From assembly GCA_963785725.1 (NCBI GenBank), contig CAWAWS010000036.1:1-64000 (forward strand): a stretch of 64,000 nt of DNA, written 5' to 3'. Position 1 is the first letter of the stretch, and each line of letters starts with the position of its first letter. Source of the stretch: an uncultured delta proteobacterium. GTDB taxonomy: Bacteria; Myxococcota_A; Polyangia; Palsa-1104. The notes under the pieces were generated by a model, which was not told the DNA's origin, made no database searches, and worked only from the letters and a program-made list of their open reading frames with translations. Made by a program: the position numbers and the translations under genes. Shown one piece after another: positions 44,678 through 56,633 of the stretch.

Positions 44678-45280
44678 ATGGCTGTCGCGACCGCCGGTCT
44701 CGTGCCCTACTCCGTTCCGCTGGCGCCGCTGCGCGCGTTCGTCGGCTCGCGCGATCCGAGCCTGTGCATGAAGCTGGAGGCGCTGTTCAAGCGCGAGATC
44801 GCCGACAACGCGTCGCTGCATCGCCAGGCCATAGCCGAGGGCGCGCCGACGCTCGACGTCGCCTTGCGCCACCTGTGCATGGGCGACGTGGCGTCGCGCG
44901 GCCACGGCGCGCAGTACATCTACGCGCTCGAGCTCTTGTGCGCGCACTTCGGCTCCAAGTTGCGCAACGGCGCCGTCTTCCCCGTCGACGACGAGTGGCT
45001 CATGCGCGTCGTCGATCCGGTGTTCGACGCTTGGGGCTTGGGCGACATCTTGAAGCTGAAGAAGCTCATCTACGGCCGCTGGCCCGTCCGCGTGCCGCAC
45101 GCCGACTTCCCGCGCGGCGGCACGCTCGAAGCCGACGAGGTCACGCGCAGCCTCGACGTCATGCGCCGCGGCGCCTTGCCGCGCTTCGACCGCGAGGTCA
45201 TCGGCGTCATCGGCGACGTGCGCGGCTGGCTCGAGTCCGCCGCGACCGCCCAGCTCGGTCTCGTCTGCTTCTACTATTAG
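44678..45280 (+). CDS. conserved hypothetical protein
   Basis: YIYALELLCAHFG, ends WLESAATAQLGLVCFYY; TACAAT 6 nt before the ATG. Confidence 0.8.
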   Translation: MAVATAGLVPYSVPLAPLRAFVGSRDPSLCMKLEALFKREIADNASLHRQAIAEGAPTLDVALRHLCMGDVASRGHGAQYIYALELLCAHFGSKLRNGAVFPVDDEWLMRVVDPVFDAWGLGDILKLKKLIYGRWPVRVPHADFPRGGTLEADEVTRSLDVMRRGALPRFDREVIGVIGDVRGWLESAATAQLGLVCFYY

Positions 45281-45373
45281 GCGACCTTCGTTCCCATTTT
45301 CGCGCAGCCGCTGCGCAGTGACACGCGCCGCCTCCGCTTGCGAAGTGGCGCGCCGCTTGAACTACCAGCAGGC

Positions 45374-45550
45374 ATGGCCCCAACATGGAAATTGGCATAC
45401 CCCGACTTCGTATTGCCGCTCGCCGAGGTGTGCTGCCCGTTCTGTGCCGATTGGGTCGAGGTCGACGCCTGGTCGATGCTGGAGTCGCTGTGGATGCACG
45501 AGTACGACTGCCGCGCGATCAGCAAAGACTACGAGCTGATGGCGGCATGA
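45374..45550 (+). CDS. small putative zinc-binding protein (58 aa)
   Basis: CCPFC...HEYDC; GC-rich third positions; followed by a hairpin at 45557-45580. Confidence 0.55.
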   Translation: MAPTWKLAYPDFVLPLAEVCCPFCADWVEVDAWSMLESLWMHEYDCRAISKDYELMAA

Positions 45551-45679
45551 CCCGCACGCTCGGGTATTCGCGCCCGAGCGCCGAGCCGCGCGCGAAGACG
45601 TCGACCTGATTAGACGGCGTCAGGTCCGCTGGGCCAGACTTTGGCCTCGGCTTTCAACGCCAAACAATCGCTGGCTTAG

Positions 45680-46201
45680 CTATGGGTGAGACGCGTCGCC
45701 GGGGCTCCACGCGGCGGTCAGTCGCACCGATGTGCCTGCGGGGACGCTGCGCACGACGCGCAGGACCGCGAGGTCACCGCCGCAGCCGAGGATCATCGCG
45801 ATGCCGAAGTAGTAGACGAGCCGCCAATCGGCCAAGCCGCCCACGAGCACCGGCGCGATGCCGAGCAGCACGAGCGGCAGACGCGTCGCCCAGCGCAGCC
45901 GACGGGCTTCGACAGGCACCTGCACGTCGAGATGGAGCATCAGGTAGCGCCAGCTCATGCGCAGGCCGACGTCGCGCGCGGGCAGCCCGCCGAACGCGCG
46001 CAGGCCGACGACGTGCAAGAGCTCGTGCAGGTAGAACGCGGGCAGCAGCACCAGCAGCGATGCGTGCGGCAGGCGCAGCGCCGAGCGACCGCCGTGCTCG
46101 AGGACGTAGGGAATCAAGAGCGCGGCGCAAACGGCGAACAGCAAGCCGGTCCACAAGTAGACCGAGCGGGTGCGAACGGACAAATGACGAATCGTGGACA
46201 T
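45680..46201 (-). CDS. DUF3267-like membrane metalloprotease
   Basis: LHELLH (HExxH), P..LLG..P, GCGGDL; GGAGG SD. Confidence 0.75.
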   Translation of the reverse strand: MSTIRHLSVRTRSVYLWTGLLFAVCAALLIPYVLEHGGRSALRLPHASLLVLLPAFYLHELLHVVGLRAFGGLPARDVGLRMSWRYLMLHLDVQVPVEARRLRWATRLPLVLLGIAPVLVGGLADWRLVYYFGIAMILGCGGDLAVLRVVRSVPAGTSVRLTAAWSPGDASHP

Positions 46202-46277
46202 GATGGTGCCTCCTCGGAGCGGCGCGTGGCCGTTCCCGTTGTCGATGCGTGAGCGAGCGCGAAGGAACGAGCGCGGC

Positions 46278-46607
46278 TCAGCAGAGGAGGCGACACAGCC
46301 GCAGATGCAGCCGCGTGCGACGAGCGAACGGACGAGATGACGCACGCCGAGCGCGCGTGACGAGCGGCGGCGCGCGCAGCGATCGCGACGACGAAGCCTG
46401 CCGCGCGACGACGCGACGACGCGCGCGCGGCTGCGGCTGCGGCTTCGTCCCGGCGGCTGGCGACGGCGCGACCGCGAGCGACGCCGACCGCGGCGCGACG
46501 TCGACGATGTCGTCGGCCAGCGCGCGCGGCACGTGCCCGAGCCCAGGCGACGCCAGCAGCAAGAGCGCCAACAAGAGGCGGCGCAGGCGCAGACGCGACA
46601 GCTGCAT
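46278..46607 (-). CDS. small secreted ORF with RAPP motif, candidate regulatory leader
   Basis: Signal-peptide-like RRLLLALLLLASPGLG; LRAPP; ends LHLRLCRLLC; TTGACA-N17-CATCCA-N7-ATG upstream. Confidence 0.5.
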   Translation of the reverse strand: MQLSRLRLRRLLLALLLLASPGLGHVPRALADDIVDVAPRSASLAVAPSPAAGTKPQPQPRARRRVVARQASSSRSLRAPPLVTRARRASSRPFARRTRLHLRLCRLLC

Positions 46608-46700
46608 CGGCCTTTGGATGGCCACGAGCGTGCCTGCTGTCAAGGCGCCCGACACGAATTGCCGCGCGTACCGCCTACGAAAGCGAAGTGGGACTAAGGA

Positions 46701-48173
46701 TTACGGAGCGAGCGAAGCGGCGGCGGCGATGTCGACGAGCCAGCCGGGCAAGAGGCCGAGCAGCAGCGTGCCGAACGCGGCGATGACGAGCGCGGCCGAG
46801 ACGCTGGTGCTCTTGAGCGGCGTGACCTCGCGACCGGCCTCGCGGAAGTACATCGCGGTGACGACGCGCAGGTAGTAGTAGACGCTGACGACGCTGTTCA
46901 TGACCGCCAGCACGACGAGCCAGACCAGCGACGGCTTCTGCAGCGCCGCGCGGAACACGTAGAACTTGCCGAAGAAGCCGGCCGTCGGCGGGATGCCACC
47001 GAGCGAGAGCATGAAGACGGTCATCGCCAGCGCCGCCGCCGGGTGCTTGCCCGCGAGACCGGCCCAGTCGTCGATCATGAGCTTCTCGTCGTTGCGCGAG
47101 CCGATCCAGGCCACGACCGCGAAGGAGCCGATGGTCGTGAACGTGTAGGCGACGAGATAGTAGATGAGCGGCCCGCGCGCTTCGGCGCCGACGAGCGAGA
47201 TGGCGACGACGCCGAGGATGAGGTAGCCGGCGTGCGCGATCGACGAGTACGCCAGCATGCGCTTGACGTTGTCTTGGCGGAGCGCGGCCAGGTTGCCGAG
47301 CGTCATCGTCAAGGCCGCGATGCCCGACAAGAGCGTCGCCCAGCCCGACGCGCCGAAGGCCAGCTGCGGCGAAGCGAACGCCGTCGACACGAGGCGAATG
47401 ACGACGGCGAAGCCGGCCGCCTTGACCGACGCCGCCATGAACGCGGTCACCGGCGTCGGCGCGCCTTCGTAAGCATCGGGCGCCCACATGTGGAACGGCA
47501 CGGCGGCGATCTTGAAGCCGAGCGCGACCAAGACGAGCAGCGTGCCCAACAGGAACAGCGGCGACGACGACAAGCGCGACGCCTGATGCGCGATCTCCGC
47601 CAGCGACGTCGAGCCGACCGCGCCGTAGATGAGCGCCATGCCGTACAGCAGCACCGACGTGGCGAAGGCGCCGACCATGAAATACTTCATGGCCGCTTCG
47701 GCGCTCTTCGGTGAATGGCGCCACGAGCCGGTCAAGACGTAGACGGCGATCGACATCGTCTCGACGCCGAGGAAGATCGTCACCAAGTCGGTGGCGGCGG
47801 CGAGGATGAGCATGCCGAGCGTGGCGAAGATGAGCAGCGCGTAGAACTCACCGAACTCGAAGCCGTGCTCGCGCATGAACGCCGGCGCCAACATCGCCGC
47901 CAGCGCTGCGCCGACGAGGAAGAGGCCGCCGAAGACGGTGCTGAAGCGATCGACCGCCAGCATGTCGTGGAACACGAGCGTGCCCGACTGCGCGTCGTTC
48001 CACTGCATGACCTCGAGGGCGAGGCAGACGACGAGCGACGCCAACGTCAGCGGCATCAGATAGGCGCGCGACCGGCCTTTGCCGAACGCCTCGGCCAAGA
48101 GCAGCACCGAGCCGGCGATGGTGAGCGCGACGATGGGGGCGATGGAAGCGAGCTGTCCCGCGTCGAAATTCAT
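46701..48173 (-). CDS. nuoN: NADH-quinone oxidoreductase subunit N
   Basis: EAAMKYF, FKIAAVPFHMWAPDAYEGAPTP, KRMLAYSSIAHAGY, GIPPTAGFFGK. Confidence 0.97.
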   Translation of the reverse strand: MNFDAGQLASIAPIVALTIAGSVLLLAEAFGKGRSRAYLMPLTLASLVVCLALEVMQWNDAQSGTLVFHDMLAVDRFSTVFGGLFLVGAALAAMLAPAFMREHGFEFGEFYALLIFATLGMLILAAATDLVTIFLGVETMSIAVYVLTGSWRHSPKSAEAAMKYFMVGAFATSVLLYGMALIYGAVGSTSLAEIAHQASRLSSSPLFLLGTLLVLVALGFKIAAVPFHMWAPDAYEGAPTPVTAFMAASVKAAGFAVVIRLVSTAFASPQLAFGASGWATLLSGIAALTMTLGNLAALRQDNVKRMLAYSSIAHAGYLILGVVAISLVGAEARGPLIYYLVAYTFTTIGSFAVVAWIGSRNDEKLMIDDWAGLAGKHPAAALAMTVFMLSLGGIPPTAGFFGKFYVFRAALQKPSLVWLVVLAVMNSVVSVYYYLRVVTAMYFREAGREVTPLKSTSVSAALVIAAFGTLLLGLLPGWLVDIAAAASLAP

Positions 48174-49840
48174 CGTCCGCCTCCGCCCGGCAAGCCGGTG
48201 CTAGGCAACGCCGGGTGCGACGGCGGCAGGAACGGCGCGCCGCCCACATCGGGCCGCGGCGCGGCGGGCTGCGCCGGCGGCTGCGCGACGCCGTACAGCT
48301 GCGGCGTGGCGCCGTCGGCCACCTTGGTCTGGAACTTCTCGGTCAAGGTCGTCACCGACTTCTGCACCGCGGGATCGATGTCGGACAAGAACGTGTTGGG
48401 ATAGATGCCGAGCCACAAGGCGGCGATGACGATGGGCGTGAAATAGAGGCACTCGCGCATGGTCAGATCTTTGAGATCGCGATTCTTCGGATTCGACACG
48501 GGGCCGAACATCATCTTTTGGAAGAGGTAGAGCATGTAGACCGCCGACAAGATGACGCCGGTGGTCGCGATGCCGGTCAGAAGCTTCGGGTGCGGATGCA
48601 GGCTGCCGAGCGCGCCCCACGTTTTGTAGGCGTCGAAGGAGCCGATGAGCGTCAGGAACTCGCCGACGAAGCCGGAGGTGCCGGGCAGCGCGACCGAGGC
48701 CAGCGTCATGACCATGAAGACGCCGAAGTAGCGCGGCATGACCGTGGCCAAGCCGCCGAACTCGTCGAGCTTGCGCGTGTGGCGGCGCTCGTAGATGACG
48801 CCGATGCAGAGGAAGAGGCCGCCCGTCGAGATGCCGTGCGCCAGGATGATGATCATGGCGCCGTCGATGGCCTTGACGTTCCACATCGCCAGGCCGAGCA
48901 CGACGAAGCCCAAGTGCGCCACCGACGAATAAGCGATGAGCTTCTTGACGTCGGTCTGCGCGAAGGCGACGAGCGAGCCGTAGACGATGCCGACCACGCC
49001 CAGCGTCGACAGAATCGGCGCGCAGCGCACGAACGCGTCGGGAAACAGCGGAATGGCGTAGCGCAGAAGGCCGTAGGTGCCGAACTTCAGCATGACCGAC
49101 GCCAGCACCACCGAGCCCGCCGTCGGCGCCTCGACGTGCGCGTCGGGCAGCCAGGTGTGGAACGGGAACAGCGGCACCTTGATGCAGAACGCCAGCGCGA
49201 ACGCCAGGAAGCAGTACAGCTGCTCCGTCGGCGAGAGCACGAGCTTCATGATCTGGTCGTAGTCGAATGTCCAGATGCCGGTGGCGTCGTGATAGCGAAT
49301 GTAGAGGTAGATGATCGCCACGATCATGAGCAGCGAGCCGACCATCGTGTAGAGCACGAACTTGATGCTGGCGTAGAGCTTCCGATCGCCGCCCCAGATG
49401 CCGATGATGAAGTACATCGGGATCAGCATCACTTCCCAGAACGTGTAGAAGAGGAACAGGTCGGTCGCGAGGAACGTGCCGATCATGCCCGTCTCGAGGA
49501 TGAGCAGCGCGATGCTGAACTCGCGCACCTTCTTGCCGATCGACGTCCAGGTCGAGACGAACACGATCGGCATGAGGAACGTCGTCAAGAGCACGAGCCA
49601 CAGCGAAATGCCGTCGACGCCGAGCTTGAAGTGGATGCCGAACGAGGCCACCCACTCCTTGTCGACGACGTGATTCCACTGCGCCGGCTGAAAGTCGACG
49701 AGCATGAACAGCGACAGCGCGAACGTCGCCAGCGACACGGCGAAGGAGAAGCCGCGATGCAGCCCCTCTTCTTCGCGCGGCACCATGAGGAGGATGAGCG
49801 CGCCGAACAGCGGCAGGAAGGTTGTCAGCGTCAGGATCAT
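48170..49840 (-). CDS. nuoM: NADH-quinone oxidoreductase subunit M
   Basis: GVDGISL, FWEVMLIPMY, KVPLFPFHTWLPDAHVEAPTAGS, LPGTSGFVGE. Confidence 0.97.
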   Translation of the reverse strand: MILTLTTFLPLFGALILLMVPREEEGLHRGFSFAVSLATFALSLFMLVDFQPAQWNHVVDKEWVASFGIHFKLGVDGISLWLVLLTTFLMPIVFVSTWTSIGKKVREFSIALLILETGMIGTFLATDLFLFYTFWEVMLIPMYFIIGIWGGDRKLYASIKFVLYTMVGSLLMIVAIIYLYIRYHDATGIWTFDYDQIMKLVLSPTEQLYCFLAFALAFCIKVPLFPFHTWLPDAHVEAPTAGSVVLASVMLKFGTYGLLRYAIPLFPDAFVRCAPILSTLGVVGIVYGSLVAFAQTDVKKLIAYSSVAHLGFVVLGLAMWNVKAIDGAMIIILAHGISTGGLFLCIGVIYERRHTRKLDEFGGLATVMPRYFGVFMVMTLASVALPGTSGFVGEFLTLIGSFDAYKTWGALGSLHPHPKLLTGIATTGVILSAVYMLYLFQKMMFGPVSNPKNRDLKDLTMRECLYFTPIVIAALWLGIYPNTFLSDIDPAVQKSVTTLTEKFQTKVADGATPQLYGVAQPPAQPAAPRPDVGGAPFLPPSHPALPSTGLPGGGGR

Positions 49841-49842
49841 GG

Positions 49843-52283
<2,441 letters not shown>

Positions 52284-52293
52284 TGGGCTCGGC

Positions 52294-52598
52294 TCAGTGC
52301 TTCATGAGCGTCAGCTCGTCGACATTGACGCTGCGCCGGTTGCGGAAGATGCCGACCACGATCGCGAGTCCGACGGCCGCTTCGGCGGCGGCCACGGCGA
52401 TGACGACGAAGGCGAAGGCGTGCGCGTGCGCGTCGTGCCACGCGCGCCCGAACGCCACCAAGCGTCAAATTGGCGGCGTTCAGCATGCAGCTCGATGCCC
52501 ATCAGCATGATGAGCGCGTTGCGCCGCAGGATGACGCCGAGCGAGCCGATGACGAACAGCACCGCGCCGAGCTCTAAGAACCAGTGGATGGGGATCAT
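52294..52598 (-). CDS. nuoK: NADH-quinone oxidoreductase subunit K (frameshifted)
   Basis: [32 protein letters not shown] across frames; lies between nuoJ and nuoL. Confidence 0.9.
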
Positions 52599-53230
52599 GC
52601 GTGATGCTCCGCGTGATCGTCGTCGTCGGTTTCGGCCGACGGCACGTCGCTGGATTCGCCTTGGATGTTGCGCGCGCGCGCCACGACGACCGCGGCGACG
52701 ACGGCAATCAACAAGAGAATCGAGACCGCTTCGAAGACGAACAGGTAATCGGTGAACAGGATCTGGCCGACTTGCTCGACGGTGCCGAACTCGGCCGGCG
52801 GCGCGCCCGGATGCGCCGGCGTCACCGTCATGACGTGCAGGGCGATCTTGGTCGTCAGATAGATGAGCGCGAAGATGCCGAGCGCCTTCGAGCCCCAGCC
52901 GGACCAGGCCCACGGCTCGGCTTCGTCGCGGTTGAGCACCATGATGACGAAGACGAACAGCGTCATGATGGCGCCGGCGTAGACGAGGACCTGCAAGACG
53001 GCGATGAACTGCGCCGACAGCATGGCGTAGATGGCGGCGAGGCCGAAGAACGTCGCCACCAACGACATGACGGCGGCGATGTTGTTGCGGCGCGTGATGG
53101 TCGAGATGGCGCCGGCGACGGTGAGCGCGGCGATGATGACGAACCAGAACGTCGGGCCCGAGAGCTCGACGCCGCTCGCCGACGTCAATTCGGCGGCGAC
53201 GCGCGGCTGCGCTTGCCACAGCGCGATCAC
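52595..53230 (-). CDS. nuoJ: NADH-quinone oxidoreductase subunit J
   Basis: LQVLVYAGAIMTLFVFVIM, LFTDYLFVFEAVSILLL. Confidence 0.95.
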   Translation of the reverse strand: MIALWQAQPRVAAELTSASGVELSGPTFWFVIIAALTVAGAISTITRRNNIAAVMSLVATFFGLAAIYAMLSAQFIAVLQVLVYAGAIMTLFVFVIMVLNRDEAEPWAWSGWGSKALGIFALIYLTTKIALHVMTVTPAHPGAPPAEFGTVEQVGQILFTDYLFVFEAVSILLLIAVVAAVVVARARNIQGESSDVPSAETDDDDHAEHHA

Positions 53231-54660
53231 GTCCGGCCTCGCGGCACGGCCGTGCCTTGGTAACCGGTGGCGCGAATCTGCACCAGCGGCGACTGCGTCA
53301 GCGCCGCTTTGCGATCGGGCGGCAGATCTTTGCGGATCTTGGCCTCGAACTCGCCGCGGAACTTCGTGAGGAAGCCGAGCATCGGCCAGGCCGCGGCTTC
53401 ACCGAGCGGGCAGATGGTGTTGCCGGCGATGCCGTGCGCGATCGAGGCGCACAAGTCGACGTCGCCGGGCCGGCCTTCGCCCTTCGCCAGGCGCGTCGTG
53501 ATGCGCGCCAGCCAGCCGGTGCCTTCGCGGCAGGGCGTGCACTGACCGCAGGATTCGTGGGCGTAAAAGCGCATGATGCGCGCCGTGACCGCGACCAGGT
53601 CGGTGTCCTCGTCCATGACGATGACGCCGCCCGAGCCGGCCATGGTGCGCAGGATCTTGCCGCCGCCCATGTCGAAGTTGACGCCGGGTCGCACTTGCAC
53701 CGGCTTGATGCGCTCGTCGGTCATGAGCGCGTCGAACTCCATCGGGATGTCGAGCTCCGAGGCGTCGAGCGGCGGCATCGACGAGCCGCCGGGGATGACC
53801 GCCTTGACCTTCTTGCCGCCGGGAACGCCACCGCAGACTTTGTCGATGACTTCGCGCAGCGGGATGCCCATCGGCAGTTCGTAGACGCCGGGCTTGTTGA
53901 GGTGGCCCGACATGCACAAGATGCGCGTGCCGCCCGACTTCGGCGTGCCCAGATCGGCGAACCACTGGCCGCCCTTTTCCATGATGAAAGGGACGTTGGC
54001 GATGGTCTCGACGTTGTTGACGATCGTCGGCATGCCGAACGCGCCTTTGACGGCGGGAAACGGCGGCTTCAGTCGCGGCCAGCCGCGCTTGCCCTCGAGC
54101 GAGTTCAACAGCGACGTCTCTTCGCCGCAGATGTACGCGCCGGCGCCGCGATGCACCGTCAGGTCGAGCTTCCACGCGCCGCGACCGGCCGTCGTGTGCG
54201 CCTTACCGAGGTGACCTTGCGCGTAGGCCTCGTCGACCGCGCGCTGCAGCACCTTGTGCTCGCGGATCATCTCGCCGCGAATGTAGATGTACGCGTGCGT
54301 GCAGCCGAGCGCGTACGAGGCGATCAAAATGCCTTCGATTAATGTGTGCGGATCCCAATACAGGAGCTCGCGATCCTTGCAGGTTCCCGGCTCCGACTCG
54401 TCGGCGTTGATGACGAGATAGACCTGCTTGGCGTCCTTCGGGATGAACGACCACTTCATGCCCGTCGGAAAGCCGGCGCCGCCGCGGCCGCGCAGGTTCG
54501 ACTTCTTGACCTCGTCGACGATGGCTTGCGGCGCCAACGACAACGTCTTGCCGTAAGTCGCATAGACGCCGCGCTTGGTCGCTTCTTCGATGCGGTTGGC
54601 GCCCTCGACGCCGACGAACCGCATCACCAACTTCGGCATTGTTTCGCGCGTGACGGGCAT
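53227..54660 (-). CDS. nuoF: NADH-quinone oxidoreductase subunit F
   Basis: LRGRGGAGFPTG, NADESEPGT, GAGAYICGEET, HESCGQCTPCREG, TICPLG. Confidence 0.97.
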   Translation of the reverse strand: MPVTRETMPKLVMRFVGVEGANRIEEATKRGVYATYGKTLSLAPQAIVDEVKKSNLRGRGGAGFPTGMKWSFIPKDAKQVYLVINADESEPGTCKDRELLYWDPHTLIEGILIASYALGCTHAYIYIRGEMIREHKVLQRAVDEAYAQGHLGKAHTTAGRGAWKLDLTVHRGAGAYICGEETSLLNSLEGKRGWPRLKPPFPAVKGAFGMPTIVNNVETIANVPFIMEKGGQWFADLGTPKSGGTRILCMSGHLNKPGVYELPMGIPLREVIDKVCGGVPGGKKVKAVIPGGSSMPPLDASELDIPMEFDALMTDERIKPVQVRPGVNFDMGGGKILRTMAGSGGVIVMDEDTDLVAVTARIMRFYAHESCGQCTPCREGTGWLARITTRLAKGEGRPGDVDLCASIAHGIAGNTICPLGEAAAWPMLGFLTKFRGEFEAKIRKDLPPDRKAALTQSPLVQIRATGYQGTAVPRGRT

Positions 54661-55205
54661 TAGTGGTGCCCTCCGTCGTTCCCGGCCTTCGCCAAGCTCT
54701 TGCCTTGCGGCGGCTTGTGATCGGGCGGCATCTTCTTGATCTCTTCCAGCGCGGCGATGGCCGACGCGGGCGTGAGATTCAGGAAGTATTTCTCACCGGC
54801 GATGAGGCAGGGCGCGTCGGCACAGGCGGCGAGGCACTCTTCTTCGACGAGCGTGAACTCGCCGTCGGGAGAGTTTTCGCCGGCTTTGCAGCCGAGCTTC
54901 TGCTCCAGCGCGTGCAAGACGTCGTAACCGCCTCGCAGCATGCACGAGACGTTGGTGCACATCATGAGGACGTGCTTACCCGTCGGGTGCCGGTGATACA
55001 TCGTGTAGAAGGTGGCCACGCCCCAAACATGCGCAGACGGCAGGTCGAGCGCGCCGGCAACGGCGTCGATCGCTTCGTCCGAAATGAAGCCGAACTCGTC
55101 CTGCGCCAGATGCAGCACGGGCAAGCAGGCGGCCTGCGCATTTGGGTAGCGGGCCCGGATGGCGGCGATCTTCTGCTGCGCCTCGGGGGTGAACGCGAGA
55201 GCCAT
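54660..55205 (-). CDS. nuoE: NADH-quinone oxidoreductase subunit E
   Basis: VATFYTMY, CTNVSCMLRG, ECLAACADAP. Confidence 0.95.
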   Translation of the reverse strand: MALAFTPEAQQKIAAIRARYPNAQAACLPVLHLAQDEFGFISDEAIDAVAGALDLPSAHVWGVATFYTMYHRHPTGKHVLMMCTNVSCMLRGGYDVLHALEQKLGCKAGENSPDGEFTLVEEECLAACADAPCLIAGEKYFLNLTPASAIAALEEIKKMPPDHKPPQGKSLAKAGNDGGHH

Positions 55206-55218
55206 TGAAGTTCGCGAA

Positions 55219-55247
55219 CAATTACGGGGACGGGACCATAAAGTCAA
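55219..55247 (-). promoter_or_regulatory. sigma-70-like promoter of nuoE
   Basis: TTGACT-N17-TAATTG, 13 nt before ATG 55205. Confidence 0.45.
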
Positions 55248-55271
55248 GTCGCGCGACAGCCCCCGACGACG

Positions 55272-55694
55272 CTATTGGACGATCACGACGCCCGACATCA
55301 TGGTTCCGTGGACGCTGCAGTGGTAACCGAACTGGCCGGCGGTGGGGAACATGACGACGTAGTTGCCGCCCGACTGCTCGGCGGAAGGCGGGAACGCGGC
55401 CGGCTGATCGTCGGAGACGATGCCGTGCACGCCGTTGACCCACACCCACGTGACGCTGCCGCCGGGATGCACGAACGTCGTCTGCGGCTCGAAGCGAATG
55501 TCGCCGCCGGCGCCGACCGAGACGATCGCCGTCAGGCCGGCGTCATCGATGAGCGGCAGCGACAGATCGTTGGCGTCGGGCGTCGGGGCGGACAGATCGA
55601 GCGGCTGCAGCTCGATCACGGTGTCATCGCCGCAGCCGAAGCCGGCGGCGACGAGGAGCGCGAGCGCCGTCAGCCACGTCGCAGCGCGCTTCAA
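55272..55694 (-). CDS. plastocyanin/azurin-like (cupredoxin) lipoprotein
   Basis: Lipobox-like GFGC; FEP..V.PGGSVTW, H, YHCSVHGTMM type-1 Cu ligands; TTG start overlaps the upstream TGA. Confidence 0.85.
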   Translation of the reverse strand: MKRAATWLTALALLVAAGFGCGDDTVIELQPLDLSAPTPDANDLSLPLIDDAGLTAIVSVGAGGDIRFEPQTTFVHPGGSVTWVWVNGVHGIVSDDQPAAFPPSAEQSGGNYVVMFPTAGQFGYHCSVHGTMMSGVVIVQ

Positions 55695-56116
55695 CCGGCC
55701 TCCTCGGCGCCGACCTGCTCCTCGTTGGCGCGCAAGATGGCGCGCGCGCGATCGGCCCGGTCGGCGGCCTTGCCGTCGGCCGCCCACTGCTCGAGCGTCC
55801 ACTTGGCTTCGCGGCGCACGTCGGGGCTGCCGTCGGTGATGGCGATGTGGCCGAGCAGCGGCACGGCGTCCACGTCGCCGATGCGGCGCAGCGCGAGGAT
55901 GAGGTTCTTGCGCCCCGGCACCGACGCCGTGTGCATCGCCGCTTCGATCGTCGGGATCGCGCGCTTGCCGTAGCGCTGCAGGTGATCGGCGGCGGCTTGC
56001 GCCAGCGTGCCTTCGTGGTTGCACAGCAGCGTCACGTTGGCGTGCACGTCGTCGTCGACGTCGTTGCAAGCGGCGGCCAGGAGCAGGCAGGCGGCGGCGA
56101 TGGAGCGCATTCGCAT
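55691..56116 (-). CDS. HEAT-repeat lipoprotein
   Basis: Lipobox LAAAC; ALRRIGDVDAVPLL, DVRREAKWTL. Confidence 0.75.
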   Translation of the reverse strand: MRMRSIAAACLLLAAACNDVDDDVHANVTLLCNHEGTLAQAAADHLQRYGKRAIPTIEAAMHTASVPGRKNLILALRRIGDVDAVPLLGHIAITDGSPDVRREAKWTLEQWAADGKAADRADRARAILRANEEQVGAEEAG

Positions 56117-56122
56117 CTTGCG

Positions 56123-56130
56123 AGTATACT
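56123..56130. promoter_or_regulatory. palindromic bidirectional -10 element (AGTATACT)
   Basis: TATACT on both strands, 6 and 7 nt before divergent ATGs at 56116 and 56138. Confidence 0.6.
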
Positions 56131-56137
56131 GCACGCG

Positions 56138-56521
56138 ATGCGTACGTCTTGGTCGTTGGGTCCGCTCTTCATCGTGGTCGGCGGGATCGCCATCAGCCCG
56201 CTCGGCACGCGCACCGGCCCGCTGACGCCGGTCGCGCTCTTCGTCGCGGCCGCGCTCGTGGCCGCCGGCGCGCTCTTCCTGGCGAAGCGCCCGTTCGCCT
56301 TCTGGGTCGGCATCGCCGCCGCCGGGTTGGCTGTGCTGACCGGCATCGTCGCGCTCGCCGGCAAGCCGCAGCTCGCGCTGCCGATCAAGCCGTGGATGTC
56401 GATCGTGCTCGGGATCTACCTAGGCGTTCGCACGGTGACCGCGCGCGTCGCCGCCACGACGCCCCGCCGCTTCATCCCGACCGACGAAGACTACGACCGC
56501 AAACCCACCGACCAGCCGTAA
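56138..56521 (+). CDS. small membrane protein (about 4 TM)
   Basis: Hydrophobic segments with a charged C-terminal tail. Confidence 0.7.
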   Translation: MRTSWSLGPLFIVVGGIAISPLGTRTGPLTPVALFVAAALVAAGALFLAKRPFAFWVGIAAAGLAVLTGIVALAGKPQLALPIKPWMSIVLGIYLGVRTVTARVAATTPRRFIPTDEDYDRKPTDQP

Positions 56522-56633
56522 TCGCGCCCCGAGCCTACCGCGCGCCGTCCGACGAAGCGTCCGCGACGCAACCGAGCGCGCAGGGCGCAGGTCGGCCCGG
56601 AGTCGAGGCGACTTCTTTAACGGCGGCCTGCCG

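Noticed and set aside
46278..46607. This Cys-ending small ORF, or the 45374 ORF, as the MNIO precursor peptide
   Set aside because: About 8-9 kb from the MNIO in separate transcription units; nothing in the sequence links them
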